A stretch of 64,000 bases of DNA from an uncultured Planctomycetota bacterium (GTDB lineage Bacteria; Planctomycetota; Planctomycetia; Isosphaerales; Isosphaeraceae). Positions within the stretch are counted from its first letter, which is position 1. Each line of letters begins with the position of its first letter. Shown in pieces: positions 42,071 through 51,867 of the stretch. The DNA is taken from positions 160,001 to 224,000 of the forward strand of contig CAWGMQ010000004.1 in assembly GCA_963823665.1 (NCBI GenBank). Direction: 5' to 3'. The notes under the pieces were generated by a model. It did no database searches, was not told the origin of the DNA, and saw nothing but the letters and a program-made list of their open reading frames with translations. The position numbers and the translations under genes are program-made.

Positions 42071-42655
42071 ATGACCGATCAAGCCAAACCCGTCTCACGC
42101 CCCTGGCGAAGATTCCTGCGCTTCAGCGTGCGGGGACTGATCGTTCTCATGCTTGCAATGGGTGCCGGTCTGGGTTGGCTCGTTCGCGGCGCACGAATCC
42201 AAAGAGAGGCGGTAGCCGCGATCACTAAGGCCGGCGGCACGGTCGTTTATAACTGGAATGAGGATACCTCGCCGTTCAGCCCGGCGGGTAAGCCGTGGGC
42301 GCCGGGCTGGCTCGTCAAATTCATTGGAGTCCACTATTTCGGTCACGTAACGGGCGTCGATTTCTACGACAACGCATCGACCGATGCTGGGCTGGTGCAT
42401 CTAAAGCGGCTAAATAAACTCTCGCGACTGCACCTTGCTGGTACCCAGCTCACCGATGCCGGACTGGTGCACCTGCACGGGCTCACCAATCTTTCCCACC
42501 TCGATCTGAGCTACACCAAGGTCTCGGACGATGGACGGGCGCATCTGAAGCCGTTGAAAAAGCTCTCCCGGCTCGACGTCTTTGGCAATCGAGTCACAGA
42601 CGCTGGAATCAAACAATTGCGGCTGCCTGCACGGAGACCCAGGATCTACTACTGA
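42071..42655 (+). CDS. LRR cassette 3: 3 LRRs
   Basis: MTDQAKPVSRPWRRFLRFSVRG leader; alternative upstream element with GATATACT. Confidence 0.85.
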   Translation: MTDQAKPVSRPWRRFLRFSVRGLIVLMLAMGAGLGWLVRGARIQREAVAAITKAGGTVVYNWNEDTSPFSPAGKPWAPGWLVKFIGVHYFGHVTGVDFYDNASTDAGLVHLKRLNKLSRLHLAGTQLTDAGLVHLHGLTNLSHLDLSYTKVSDDGRAHLKPLKKLSRLDVFGNRVTDAGIKQLRLPARRPRIYY

Positions 42656-42674
42656 GTCGCCGGGAGCTAGCCAC

Positions 42675-42807
42675 CCTGGAATCGTCCCTGTCGCATCGCC
42701 AGGCGGCGAGACGTCGGATCTATTGAGCCTCCTTCGACGACTCGCGTGCAAGCCGTTATGATGAATCGAGCGAACAGACATCGGCCCTCTGCTCACAAGA
42801 GGCTGGC
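42675..42807 (+). promoter_or_regulatory. Conserved inter-cassette element with TCGACG-N17-TATGAT
   Basis: -35 at 42734-42739, -10 at 42757-42762. Confidence 0.75.
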
Positions 42808-43546
42808 ATGAACGATCAAGCCAAATCCGCCTCACGTCCCTGGCGAAGATTCCTGCGCTTCAGCATGCGGGGGATGATCGTCGTTGTGCTGGTGATGGGC
42901 GGCGGGCTGGGATGGCTCGTTCGTCAGCGCCCACATCCAGCGCGACGCTGTGGCGGCGATTCAGCATGCTGGCGGCAACGTCTTATATAGCTGGGAGCGG
43001 AATAATAGAACAGGTACGTCGGGAGGAAAGCCGTGGGCGCCAACTTGGCTCGCGGATCTCATCGGCGTTGACTACTTCGGTCACATCACTTCGGTTTGGT
43101 TCGTTGGGTCCTCGAACACAACCCATTCAGTGCTTGCGCAGGTCGGGTGTCTCACAGGAGCTCACGAGGTGCAATTCAAAGGATGCACCGTTAGCGATGC
43201 CGGGATGGCCCATCTGAGAGGCCTTCGCGGGCTATCTTATCTTGACCTCAGCGGCACTCAAATTACCGACGCCGGGCTGGCCCACTTGAAGGGGTTGACC
43301 AACCTTTCGGGGCTCTTCCTCACGGACACTCACGTTTCCGACGCTGGGTTGGTGCACGTGGAGGGGCTGACCAACCTTCAAATCCTCAGTCTTGCCCACA
43401 GTCAGGTTTCCAATGCCGGTCTGGCGCGTCTGAAGGGGCTAACCAAGCTCAACAAACTCTCGCTCGACGTAAGCCAGGCCACAGACGCTGGTGAACGCGA
43501 GCTCCAGCGGGCTTTGCCGAATCTAAAGGTAAAGGTTTACCCTTGA
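42808..43546 (+). CDS. LRR cassette 4: 5 LRRs (frameshift ~42925)
   Basis: Leader + cap + repeats, ALPNL C-cap. Confidence 0.85.
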
Positions 43547-43569
43547 AATGCTGCCCGTCCAAGCGACAC

Positions 43570-43698
43570 GGAATCGCCCCTGTCGCATCGCCAGCCGTTG
43601 GGACGTCTGATCGTCGACCGTCCTTCGACGAGCCGCATGCGCGCCATTATGATGAATCGAGCGAACAGACATCGGCCCTCCGCTCATAAGACGCCGGC
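43570..43698 (+). promoter_or_regulatory. Conserved inter-cassette element with TCGACG-N17-TATGAT
   Basis: -35 at 43625-43630, -10 at 43648-43653. Confidence 0.75.
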
Positions 43699-44448
43699 AT
43701 GAACGATCAACCCAAACCCGCCTCCCGTCCCTGGCGAAGATTCCTGCGCTTCAGCGTGCGGGGGATGATTGTACTGGTGATCGTGATCGCCGGCTGCCTT
43801 GGATGGATCGTACGTAGCGCCCGCAACCACCGACAGGCCGTCGCGGCAATTATCAAGATGAATGGGGAGGTGGGGTACGTGGACGACTCGCGGACCTCCT
43901 TACAAGCGATGCGTGGCGAGCGTTCTCTCAGGTACCTGATCGGCGACTGGTTGGCTATCAACGACGTTTTCAGCGGCGTCCATGTCCGGCTCACGTTGAA
44001 AGAAGGCATGGACCAGGAACTGGCGCTCGCGCCCGTAGGCGATTTGACAAACCTCCAATCACTGAGTTTTGTGGGCGGCGCCATTCAAGATTCCGCGATC
44101 GAGAAAATCGGGCGGGCGAACAACCTCAAATGGCTCCAAATCCAATCCGCACCGCTCACCCGCGTTGGGTTCCGGCATTTGACGCAGTACAAGAACCTGG
44201 AGCACTTGTTCCTCTACGACATCGACATTCCCGAAGGGGCGTTCGAGCACTTCGGCGCGCTGGCGAATCTGAAAACACTCGAGATGCACCAATGCTGGCG
44301 AGTGGACAAAGGCCTTGCCGAGATGCAAGTACCGCCGCGCCTTGCGACCCTCCGTATCCGTTACGCGCCGCTCTCGGATGCCGGCCTCAAGCACATCGCG
44401 CGGCTGCCGCACCTCACAGAACTTTTCCTGGAAGACGTTCTCGACTGA
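43699..44448 (+). pseudogene. LRR cassette 5: 3'-truncated near-duplicate of 48625..49776
   Basis: Colinear with 48625 copy until GAAGACGTTCTCG, then cut by the repeat array. Confidence 0.85.
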
Positions 44449-45030
44449 ATTCAGCTCGACCTTTGCGACTTCTCGCCTTTGCGTGAGCCCCTTTCTCATC
44501 ACACACTTCAAACACAAATCGCGCCCCTGCTGGTGTGCTCCGCACTGAGTTCACCTTTCCTTTTGCGCCTTTTTCCCCTTCGCGCCTTGCGTGAGCCCCT
44601 CTTTTCTCCCGATCACGCATCCAAGAAAATCACCTTGCCCCGTCGCGCATCGCCGCGACTGAATTCAGCTCGACTTTTGCGACTTCTCGCCTTTGCGTGA
44701 GCCCCTCTCTCATCACACACTTCAAACACAAACCGCGCCCCTGCTGGTGTGCTCCGCACTGAGTTCATCTTTCCGTTTGCGCCTTTTTCCCCTTCGCGCC
44801 TTGCGTGAGCCCCTCTTTTCTCCCGATCACGCACCCAAAAAAATCGCCTTGCACCGTCGCGCATCGCCACGACTGAATTCAGCTCGACCTTTGCGACTTC
44901 GCGCCTTTGCGTGAGCCCCTCTTTTGTTCTCGTCACACACCCCAAAAACAAATCGTGCGCCTTCGCGTGTCCTCCCCATTGACATCGCCTCTCCTTTGCG
45001 CCATGTTCCCCTTCGCGCCTTTGCGTGGAC
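44442..45030 (+). repeat. Pyrimidine-rich repeat array, unit 2, with 214-bp tandem duplication
   Basis: CGACTGAATTCAGCTCGAC starts at 44442, 44656, 44870. Confidence 0.9.
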
Positions 45031-45034
45031 CCCT

Positions 45035-45427
45035 CGGTACACGTCGGCCGAGCTGGCCCGGTTGCTTGCCGTGAAACGTGAGCCGAGTTGCAAGCTGGCG
45101 GTCTCCGTCCCGGCTCCCCCGGACCCGGAGGCCAGGCCGAAGCGCAGGCCGTTGTACGGGCCAATCCCGTCGAGCTGGTCGCCCCCGGCCTCTCGGCTCC
45201 CGGGGAAAACCCTCCAGGTCGGGGCCATCTGTTGGCTCTTGGCGGGTTGGAATCGAACGGCCGCGTTCGAGCTGGCGCTGGAGGATCGGCCCGAGTTCGG
45301 CCTCTCCCGGTTCTCGGCCTCGCGGGGCCTCGATACACTGGAAACGGTTGGATTGGTCTCCAAGGTCCGTCGGCCGGGCCGGTCTCCGATCGTGTTGCTC
45401 CGGGACGCTACGGTGGGAAATTCTTGA
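45035..45427 (+). CDS. Winged-HTH protein, copy 2
   Basis: Homologous to 37848 copy with the same 5' junction GGTACACGTCGGCCGAG. Confidence 0.6.
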   Translation, partial: RYTSAELARLLAVKREPSCKLAVSVPAPPDPEARPKRRPLYGPIPSSWSPPASRLPGKTLQVGAICWLLAGWNRTAAFELALEDRPEFGLSRFSASRGLDTLETVGLVSKVRRPGRSPIVLLRDATVGNS

Positions 45428-45439
45428 CGTCAGAGGCCG

Positions 45440-45808
45440 ATGATGCCGCGAGTTCGATTCCGAGTTCGGACAATCCTGCTCTTCATCGCGGTGGTTGCCG
45501 TCCTACTCGCAATGCCGCGAATCGTCTCCCAGTTGTCGCGCATTCGGCCGTTTTGGCTAGAGTGGGATGGCACGATCCTTTGGTTCGTGGAAGACAGGGT
45601 GACGGGGATAGTATACAGCCACGCGCCCACCGTCGTCTTTCACCATTCAGTTAAGACCGAGGTCCCGCTGCCATCGCCTACAACTCTGCTACGAATTGTT
45701 GCGGCGAGCCTGATCTTGGCATCCGCGTTCGTTTATCGGCGCAAGCTTAAGAACCGTGCGAAGCTCCGAGAGACTGCAACTAACAGCGGTGCTTCAGAAT
45801 CCAATTAA
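45440..45808 (+). CDS. Variable cargo membrane protein 2 (RFRVRTIL leader + TM)
   Basis: Same slot as cargo 1, unrelated body. Confidence 0.65.
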   Translation: MMPRVRFRVRTILLFIAVVAVLLAMPRIVSQLSRIRPFWLEWDGTILWFVEDRVTGIVYSHAPTVVFHHSVKTEVPLPSPTTLLRIVAASLILASAFVYRRKLKNRAKLRETATNSGASESN

Positions 45809-45861
45809 TTGACGGGCAAGCGCAGACCGAAGCGGGAAGGCCGAGAAAGTGTAAGTTAAGA

Positions 45862-46153
45862 ATGGGATGGAAAACCATCAACGGACGCCGGTATTTCTAC
45901 AGGTCGGAGCGAGAGGGAGGCCGAGTCAAAACCACCTATTTTGGGGCCGGTGAGTCGGGCCTGCTGATTCCACTCTTGGAGCGGGAAGAACGGGCCGAGC
46001 TTGAGGAATGTCGGGCCGAGTTCGGCCTCTTCCGTTTCTCGGCCTCCCGTGGCTTGACTATACCGGAGCCGTCCGGTTTGGTCTGCACGGCCCGACCGTC
46101 CGGGACTCTCCCCTGTCGCGAGGATCATTGAAACCACAACGGCGGGCGCTTGA
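45862..46153 (+). pseudogene. MGWKT copy 2 fused at 46011 to 3' fragment of a fourth wHTH copy
   Basis: Switch at TCGGGCCGA microhomology into EFGLFRFSASRGL. Confidence 0.75.
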
Positions 46154-46171
46154 TTGTGCTGGGAGGAAGAT

Positions 46172-46477
46172 TTGGTGCTTTTCCCCCGCTTTCGAATCCA
46201 GTCGATCATGACCGCCATCGCGGCGGTGGCCGTTCTCCTGAGTCTGGTCCACTTCTTGTCGCAACACCCAGTTTTGCTGGGCATTTCTTCTGGATTGCTT
46301 CTCTTGTTCGGGACCAGCGCCTGCATTTTAGTCTGGCCCTTCGCAGTATGGAATTGGTGCCAGCGTTGCTCGAGGTCCGTTCTCATTCCCTTCAAGCCGA
46401 CGACAGGAGGCGAGCATGCGGGTCACCGCGATCTTGCACTTGACGATACCTCTTTTCTGGTACAAACTACCTCCTGA
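46172..46477 (+). CDS. Variable cargo membrane protein 3 (RFRIQSIM leader + TM)
   Basis: GGGAGG RBS; follows wHTH 3' fragment. Confidence 0.6.
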   Translation: MVLFPRFRIQSIMTAIAAVAVLLSLVHFLSQHPVLLGISSGLLLLFGTSACILVWPFAVWNWCQRCSRSVLIPFKPTTGGEHAGHRDLALDDTSFLVQTTS

Positions 46478-46495
46478 TGTGTGCACCTGGAGGTA
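46468..46495. promoter_or_regulatory. Inverted repeat, candidate AbiEi operator
   Basis: TACCTCCTG-N10-CTGGAGGTA directly upstream of abiEi. Confidence 0.5.
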
Positions 46496-46504
46496 ACATG
46501 GACC

Positions 46505-47128
46505 ATGCCAAGTCCGGCCAATCTCTCTGACGATCGGCGACGCCGGGTTGACGCGGCCTTTCGCGAGAGGGGCGGGATAATGCGGATGGCCGAAGCCCTC
46601 CGGGCAGGCGTCCATCGCCGCACGCTGTACGCCCTCCGCGACGCGGGCGTGCTCCAGCAACTCGGCCGCGGGCTCTACCGCCTGGCCGACGCCCCGCCAC
46701 TCTCCCACCCGGACCTCGTCGCGGTCTCGCGACGCGCCCCGAGGGCGATCGTCTGCCTCGTCTCCGCACTCGGTTTTCACGGATTGACCACCCAGGTCGC
46801 ACACGAGGTGTACCTGGCCGTCTCCAGGGACAGCGAGCCGCCCCGCGTCGAATACCCCCCAGTCCGCGTATTCCGGTTCGGCATGCGGGCCTTCAGCGAA
46901 GGGGTCGAGACGCACGACCTGGACGGCGTCCCTGTCCGGATCTACTCACGCGAGAAGACCCTGGCCGACTGTTTCAAATACAGAAACGTGGTTGGGCTCG
47001 ATACCGCGCTCGAGGCGCTACGGCGATATCGCGAAGAGGGCCGGGTCGACGTCGGCGCCATCCTCCGCTACGCCCGCACCTGCCGGGTCGAGAAAGTTAT
47101 TCGCCCGTACCTGGAGGCGATCCTGTGA
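46505..47128 (+). CDS. Type IV TA antitoxin, AbiEi family
   Basis: LGRGLYRL, CLVSALGFHGLTTQ, YSREKTLADCFKYRN motifs. Confidence 0.9.
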   Translation: MPSPANLSDDRRRRVDAAFRERGGIMRMAEALRAGVHRRTLYALRDAGVLQQLGRGLYRLADAPPLSHPDLVAVSRRAPRAIVCLVSALGFHGLTTQVAHEVYLAVSRDSEPPRVEYPPVRVFRFGMRAFSEGVETHDLDGVPVRIYSREKTLADCFKYRNVVGLDTALEALRRYREEGRVDVGAILRYARTCRVEKVIRPYLEAIL

Positions 47129-48036
47129 CTCGGCCGCCGAGGGACGTAGCGGCGTCCGTCCGCGGACGGCTCCGGGACGCGGCCCGGGCCTCGGGCCGCC
47201 CGTTCCAGGAGGTGCTCGAATACTACGCGATGGAGCGCTTCCTGTACCGGTTGGCCCAGTCGCCGCACGCCGGCCGCTTCGTGCTCAAGGGCGCGCTGAT
47301 GTTCCGGGCCTGGGGTGCACCCGAACTCCCGCACGACCCGGGACATTGACTTGCTCGGCCGGCTGGAGAACACCGTCGAAGCGGTCGTGCCGGTGTTGCG
47401 CGACATGTGCGGACTCGTCGTCCAGCCGGACGGGATGGTCTTCGATCCGGCGTCGGTCGGGGCGCCGTGATCAAGGAGGGCGCCGAGTACGCCGGGGTCC
47501 GCGTGACGTTCTTGGGGACCTTGCAGAACGCCCGGGTGGCCATGCAGGTCGATATCGGATTCGGCGACGTGGTGACCCCGGGGCCCGTACCGACCGACTA
47601 CCCGACCCTGCTCGCGCTCCCGGCCCCGCACCTGAACGGCTATCCGCGGGAGACGGTCGTGGCCGAGAAGTTCGAGGCGATGGTCAAGCTCGGACTGGTA
47701 AACAGTCGGATGAAGGACTTCTACGACCTGTGGGTCCTGGCCCGCCGGTTCGACTTCGACGGCCGGACCCTGGTTACGGCAATCGAGCGGACGTTCGCTC
47801 ATCGCAATACCGCGGTCGCCCCCCTCCCGATCGCGCTGACCCCGGCGTTCGCCGACGATCCCGCAAAGCGCTCGCAGTGGAAGGGGTTCGTGCGGAGGAC
47901 CAGACTCGACGACGCGCCGGGGGAACTGGCAGCAGTAACGGGGGAACTCAGAGCGTTCCTTGTTCCAGTGGCGGAGATGGTCGCAGCCGGCACGCCGTTC
48001 GAGCGGAGCTGGAAAGCCCCCGGCCCATGGGCGTGA
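47125..48036 (+). CDS. Type IV TA toxin, AbiEii nucleotidyltransferase (two apparent frameshifts)
   Basis: YAMERFLYRL, FVLKGALM, DID, QVDIGFGD, AEKFEAM, NSRMKDFYDL; GTGA overlap with abiEi. Confidence 0.9.
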
Positions 48037-48057
48037 TGCATGGCTGGACTGAGGGGC

Positions 48058-48224
48058 CGTTGGGCGCGGGTCTCCTGACCCCGCCCTCCTCACCAACCGC
48101 AAGCCTAGTGTCCCGACAATCTTCGATTGAGGACCTGTTGGGCGCGGGTCTACTGACCCCGCCCTCGTCACCGACCGCAGGTCTCCAGGCGGCCGACCCG
48201 CCAATCGAAGATTGTCGCAGCAAC
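48058..48224. repeat. Composite REP-like element (GGCGCGGGTCT..TGACCCCGCC..CCGACCGCAGGTCTCC)
   Basis: Two sub-repeats; closely similar block at 55275-55474. Confidence 0.8.
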
Positions 48225-48226
48225 AG

Positions 48227-48374
48227 CGCTTCTGCGTCGGTCCGGCTCACGGCCTCCCTCGCAATTCTCCAAGCGGTCAACTCGCTGAAAGCCAACAACA
48301 CTGGTCAGACGACAGTGGAGGGAGTCCAGGCCAGGATTGCTCACGAGCGGTTTGTCGAATCGCTTGGGGGGTGA
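48227..48374 (+). pseudogene. 3' fragment ASVRLTASLAILQA...FVESL, possibly TerS-like
   Basis: Homologous fragment at 52785-52925; VRLxA motif like gene 3255. Confidence 0.45.
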
Positions 48375-48492
48375 TCGATTTGCTGACGCTACCGATTCGC
48401 TTACCTGAGTCGGCCGTGCGCACGCAGTTAGATACAATTTTCGGATGTTGGTGCGACAACCTTAACGAACGCCCATCGCGATCGCCAAGCGG

Positions 48493-48624
48493 CCTATAAT
48501 CGCCCCTGTCGTATCGCCAGGCGTTGGGACGCCAAACTACTGACCCTCCTTCGACGAGCCGCATGCCGGCAGTTATGATGAATCGAGCGAACAGACATCG
48601 GTCCGCCGCTCATAAGACGCCCGC
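48493..48624 (+). promoter_or_regulatory. Conserved inter-cassette element with TCGACG-N17-TATGAT
   Basis: -35 at 48551-48556, -10 at 48574-48579. Confidence 0.75.
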
Positions 48625-49776
48625 ATGACCGATCAAGCCAAACCCACCACACGTCCCTGGCGAAGATTCCTGCGCTTCAGCGTGCGGGGGCTGATTGTAC
48701 TGGTGATCGTGATCGCCGGCTGCCTTGGATGGATCGTACGTAGCGCCCGCAACCACCGACAGGCCGTCGCGGCAATTATCAAGATGAATGGGGAGGTGGC
48801 GTACATGGACGACTCGCGGACCTTCTTACAAGCGATGCGCGGCGAGCGTTCTCTGAGGTACCTGATCGGCGACTGGTTGGGTATCAACGACGTTTTCAGC
48901 GGCGTCCATGTCCGGCTCACGTTGAAAGAAGGCACGGACCAGGAACTGGCGCTCGCGCGCGTAGGCGATTTGACAAACCTCCAATCACTGAGTTTTGTCG
49001 GCGGCGCCATTCAAGATTCCGCGATCGAGAAAATCGGGCGGGCGAACAACCTCAAATGGCTCCGGATCCAATCCGCACCGCTCACCCGCGTTGGGTTCCG
49101 GCATTTGGCGCAGTACAAGAACCTGGAGTACTTGTTCCTTTACGACATCGAGATTCCCGAAGGGGCGCTCGAGCACTTCGGCGCGCTGGCGAATCTGAAA
49201 ACACTCGAGATGCACCAATGCTGGCGAGTGGACAAAGGCTTTGCCGAGATGCAAGCACCGCCGCGCCTCGCGACCCTCCGTATCCGTTACGCGCCGCTCT
49301 CGGATGCCGGCCTCAAGCACATCGCGCGGCTGCCGCACCTCACAGAACTTTCCCTGGAAGACGTTCTCGTGACCGACGCCGGAATGGCAAGCCTCCAGGG
49401 CCTGTCCCAGCTCACCGAGCTTCGCCTGAAAAGCGATGATTTGACCGACGCCGCCTTGGCGAGCCTGGCCAGCCTGCGCACCATCCGCCGCCTTTCGATC
49501 GACGTACCAAGAATCACAGACGCAGGTGCCGAGCATCTGGCCCAGCTCACCAACCTCGAGTCGTTAAACTTCACTCGAGAAAGATTGACCGACGCAGGCA
49601 TCATGAAGTTAAAGCCGCTCAAGAAACTAGCCTTGCTGAACATCGGCAGGACAGGAATTACTGAGGACGGCGCCAGCGAACTCCAGAAGGAGTTGCCCAA
49701 GCTCGTGGAGATCACCAGAGGAACGAGAGCTGCCTCAGTTCCAAGACTTCCGCGCGCCAAAACCGCCGGCCGCTAG
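48625..49776 (+). CDS. LRR cassette 6: 10 divergent LRRs, intact
   Basis: Constant leader, different N-cap, 24-aa periodicity, ELPKL C-cap. Confidence 0.88.
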   Translation: MTDQAKPTTRPWRRFLRFSVRGLIVLVIVIAGCLGWIVRSARNHRQAVAAIIKMNGEVAYMDDSRTFLQAMRGERSLRYLIGDWLGINDVFSGVHVRLTLKEGTDQELALARVGDLTNLQSLSFVGGAIQDSAIEKIGRANNLKWLRIQSAPLTRVGFRHLAQYKNLEYLFLYDIEIPEGALEHFGALANLKTLEMHQCWRVDKGFAEMQAPPRLATLRIRYAPLSDAGLKHIARLPHLTELSLEDVLVTDAGMASLQGLSQLTELRLKSDDLTDAALASLASLRTIRRLSIDVPRITDAGAEHLAQLTNLESLNFTRERLTDAGIMKLKPLKKLALLNIGRTGITEDGASELQKELPKLVEITRGTRAASVPRLPRAKTAGR

Positions 49777-49792
49777 CTAGCCACACACGTCC

Positions 49793-49905
49793 CGTGTAGC
49801 AGGCACACTCCGTGTGCCGTCCGCCGAACTTGCCGGTGGGTGGCACTGGCCAGCTCAGTGCTCCAATTCTCGGGCGATTCGCTGTCCCGGAATCGCGAAA
49901 AGCCA
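49793..49905 (+). repeat. ~110-bp REP-like element (TGTAGCAGGCACACTCCGTGTGCC...)
   Basis: Second copy at 52983-53092. Confidence 0.8.
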
Positions 49906-49907
49906 TC

Positions 49908-50038
49908 CTGAGCGCACGCAAGTTACCGACGGGGGGCTGCTTCAACTGCGGAGTCTAACAAAGCTGGAAGAACTTGACCTCACCGTTACGGAAGTTGTTG
50001 ATTTCAAACTGTCAGGCTCTCTGGTGACGGGAATGTAA
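49908..50038 (+). pseudogene. Orphan LRR module (ERTQVTDGGLLQLRSLTKLEELDL)
   Basis: One 24-aa LRR without leader. Confidence 0.65.
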
Positions 50039-50196
50039 GCGAGCATCTTCCTCTTCGTTGCCTCCGTTAGCTTCTGTTCAAGGATTTCGTTGCCACTGAA
50101 TCGGCGATCGCACGAACCCAAATTGGCCAGTGGAATTGGAACAGAAGGCAACCAAGCTAACGAAGAGCAGAGAGTTGATGTGACCCGTCTCGGTCG

Positions 50197-50274
50197 TCCT
50201 TCGACGAGCCCCGTGCGGGCCGTTATGATCAATCGAGCGAACAGACATCGGCCCTCCGCGCAGAAGAGTCCGGC
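50197..50274 (+). promoter_or_regulatory. Promoter half of the inter-cassette element
   Basis: -35 at 50201-50206, -10 at 50224-50229. Confidence 0.75.
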
Positions 50275-50765
50275 ATGAACGATCGAGCGAAACCCGCCGC
50301 CCGTCCCTGGCGAAGATTCCTGCGATTCAGCGTGCGGGGAATGATTTTTCTTGTGGTGGTGATCGGTGGATGGCTTGGCTGGATCGTGCGAAGCGCGCGG
50401 ATTCAGCGCGATGCCGTGGACGCGATCACCAAAGCCGATGGGCAGGTCACATATGACTGGCACTGGACCGGGACCGACCGGAAGGTTGCTCCGACGGGAA
50501 GACCTTGGGCGCCCAGGTGGGTGGTGGATCTCGTTGGAGTTGACTATTTCGGAAACATCAGATGCGTCTTGTTCTACTCACCGTCCAAAGCAACCGGAGC
50601 AACGATCGCACAGGTTGGGCGCCTATCCCAACTACAGGAACTGCATCTCGATGAGTCGTCGCTAGACGACGCCAGCATGGTGCATTTGAAGGGGCTGACC
50701 GAACTCTACTGGTTCAGTCTCAGTGACACTCCGGTCACCGGCGCCGGGCTGGCGCAATTGACGCA
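50275..50765 (+). pseudogene. LRR cassette 7: leader + cap + 2 LRRs, C-cap missing
   Basis: Homology ends after GAGLAQL; ORF then reads through the conserved tail motif (50819-50846) and repeat array. Confidence 0.75.
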
Positions 50766-50927
50766 TATTCACAATTCGCTAGCTTGCTGTCACTGCCTTG
50801 CCCCCCATCGGCGAACGGCCTGGAATCGTCTCCGTCGCATCGCCAGGGTGGACGCGCCCAACTTCCACGCCTCGGTGCAAGCGCGTTCTATGAGCCGACG
50901 TGGCCTCCGGCCAGGCCAATCGCACGC

Positions 50928-51072
50928 AGCCTTACCTTTGCGGCTTCGCGTGAGCCCCTCTTTTGTTCTCCTTGCACGCCCCAAAAACAAATCGTGCGTC
51001 TGCGCGTGTCCTCCCCGTTGAGTTTGCCACTCCCTTTGCGCCTTGTTCCCATTCGCGCCTTTGCGTGAGCCC
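50928..51072 (+). repeat. Pyrimidine-rich repeat array, unit 3
   Basis: Similar to 44885-45030. Confidence 0.8.
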
Positions 51073-51074
51073 CT

Positions 51075-51467
51075 CGGTACACGTCGGCCGAGCTGGCCCG
51101 GTTGCTAACCGTGGAACGGGAGCCGGATTGAAAGCTGGCGATCTCCGTCCCGGCTCTCCCGGACCCGGAGGCCAGGCCGAAGCGCCGGCCGTTGTACGGG
51201 CCGATCCATTGGAGCTGGTGGCTCCCGGCCTCTCTGCTCCCCGGGAAGTCCCTCCAGGTCGGGGCCGTCTGTTGGCTCCTGGTGGGTTGGAATCGATCGG
51301 CGGAGTTCGAGCTGGCGTTGCATGATCGGGCGGAGTTCGGCCTCTCCCGGTTCTCGGCCTGCCGGGGCTTCGATACACTGGAAAACGCCGGGTTGCTCTC
51401 GACCATTGGACGGCCGGGCCGGTGTCCCAAGGTGATGATCGTGGATGCTCACCCAGGAAATGGTTGA
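51075..51467 (+). pseudogene. Winged-HTH copy 3 with in-frame TGA
   Basis: EREPD*KLA where copies 1 and 2 read REP(G/S)CKLA. Confidence 0.7.
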
Positions 51468-51479
51468 CGGGGTACGGCG

Positions 51480-51836
51480 GTGAGGGCATTCCGCTTCCGA
51501 ATCCGGGCGATCATGATCGTGATCGCTACCCTCGCTCTCGCACTTGGCGCGGTTCGATTAGCCCTTCACTACCAGATTGCGAGATTGTCGGTTGAAATCG
51601 GCGAACCCAATTTTGTGATTCTGCATTTGTGGTCGGGTGTCCATCTTACGCAGCGCGGCACGGAGGCAGTCTCGATACAGTTTTCGCTTCAGGAAATGCT
51701 CGTTTGCGTCGGCCTATTTGCCTGCTGCTGCGCGGTACTCTTGCGCCAGTCCAGAACACGCGGCGAAAGGCAAAGCGCTGACTCTGGAGTCATGCCCACA
51801 CGCAGTGTTCCGATAAGGAAATCCCGGGCGCCTTGA
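51480..51836 (+). CDS. Variable cargo membrane protein 4 (RFRIRAIM leader + TM)
   Basis: Same slot between wHTH and MGWKT. Confidence 0.65.
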   Translation: MRAFRFRIRAIMIVIATLALALGAVRLALHYQIARLSVEIGEPNFVILHLWSGVHLTQRGTEAVSIQFSLQEMLVCVGLFACCCAVLLRQSRTRGERQSADSGVMPTRSVPIRKSRAP

Positions 51837-51867
51837 AGCGGAGCTGCCGAGAGAGTGTAGGTTAAAA

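Noticed and set aside
44414..45000. Small ORFs translated from the 214-bp tandem repeats
   Set aside because: Repeat-derived, no RBS or family motifs
43699..49776. Diversity-generating retroelement (TR/VR pair)
   Set aside because: Differences are not adenine-specific and span the whole gene; no reverse transcriptase seen
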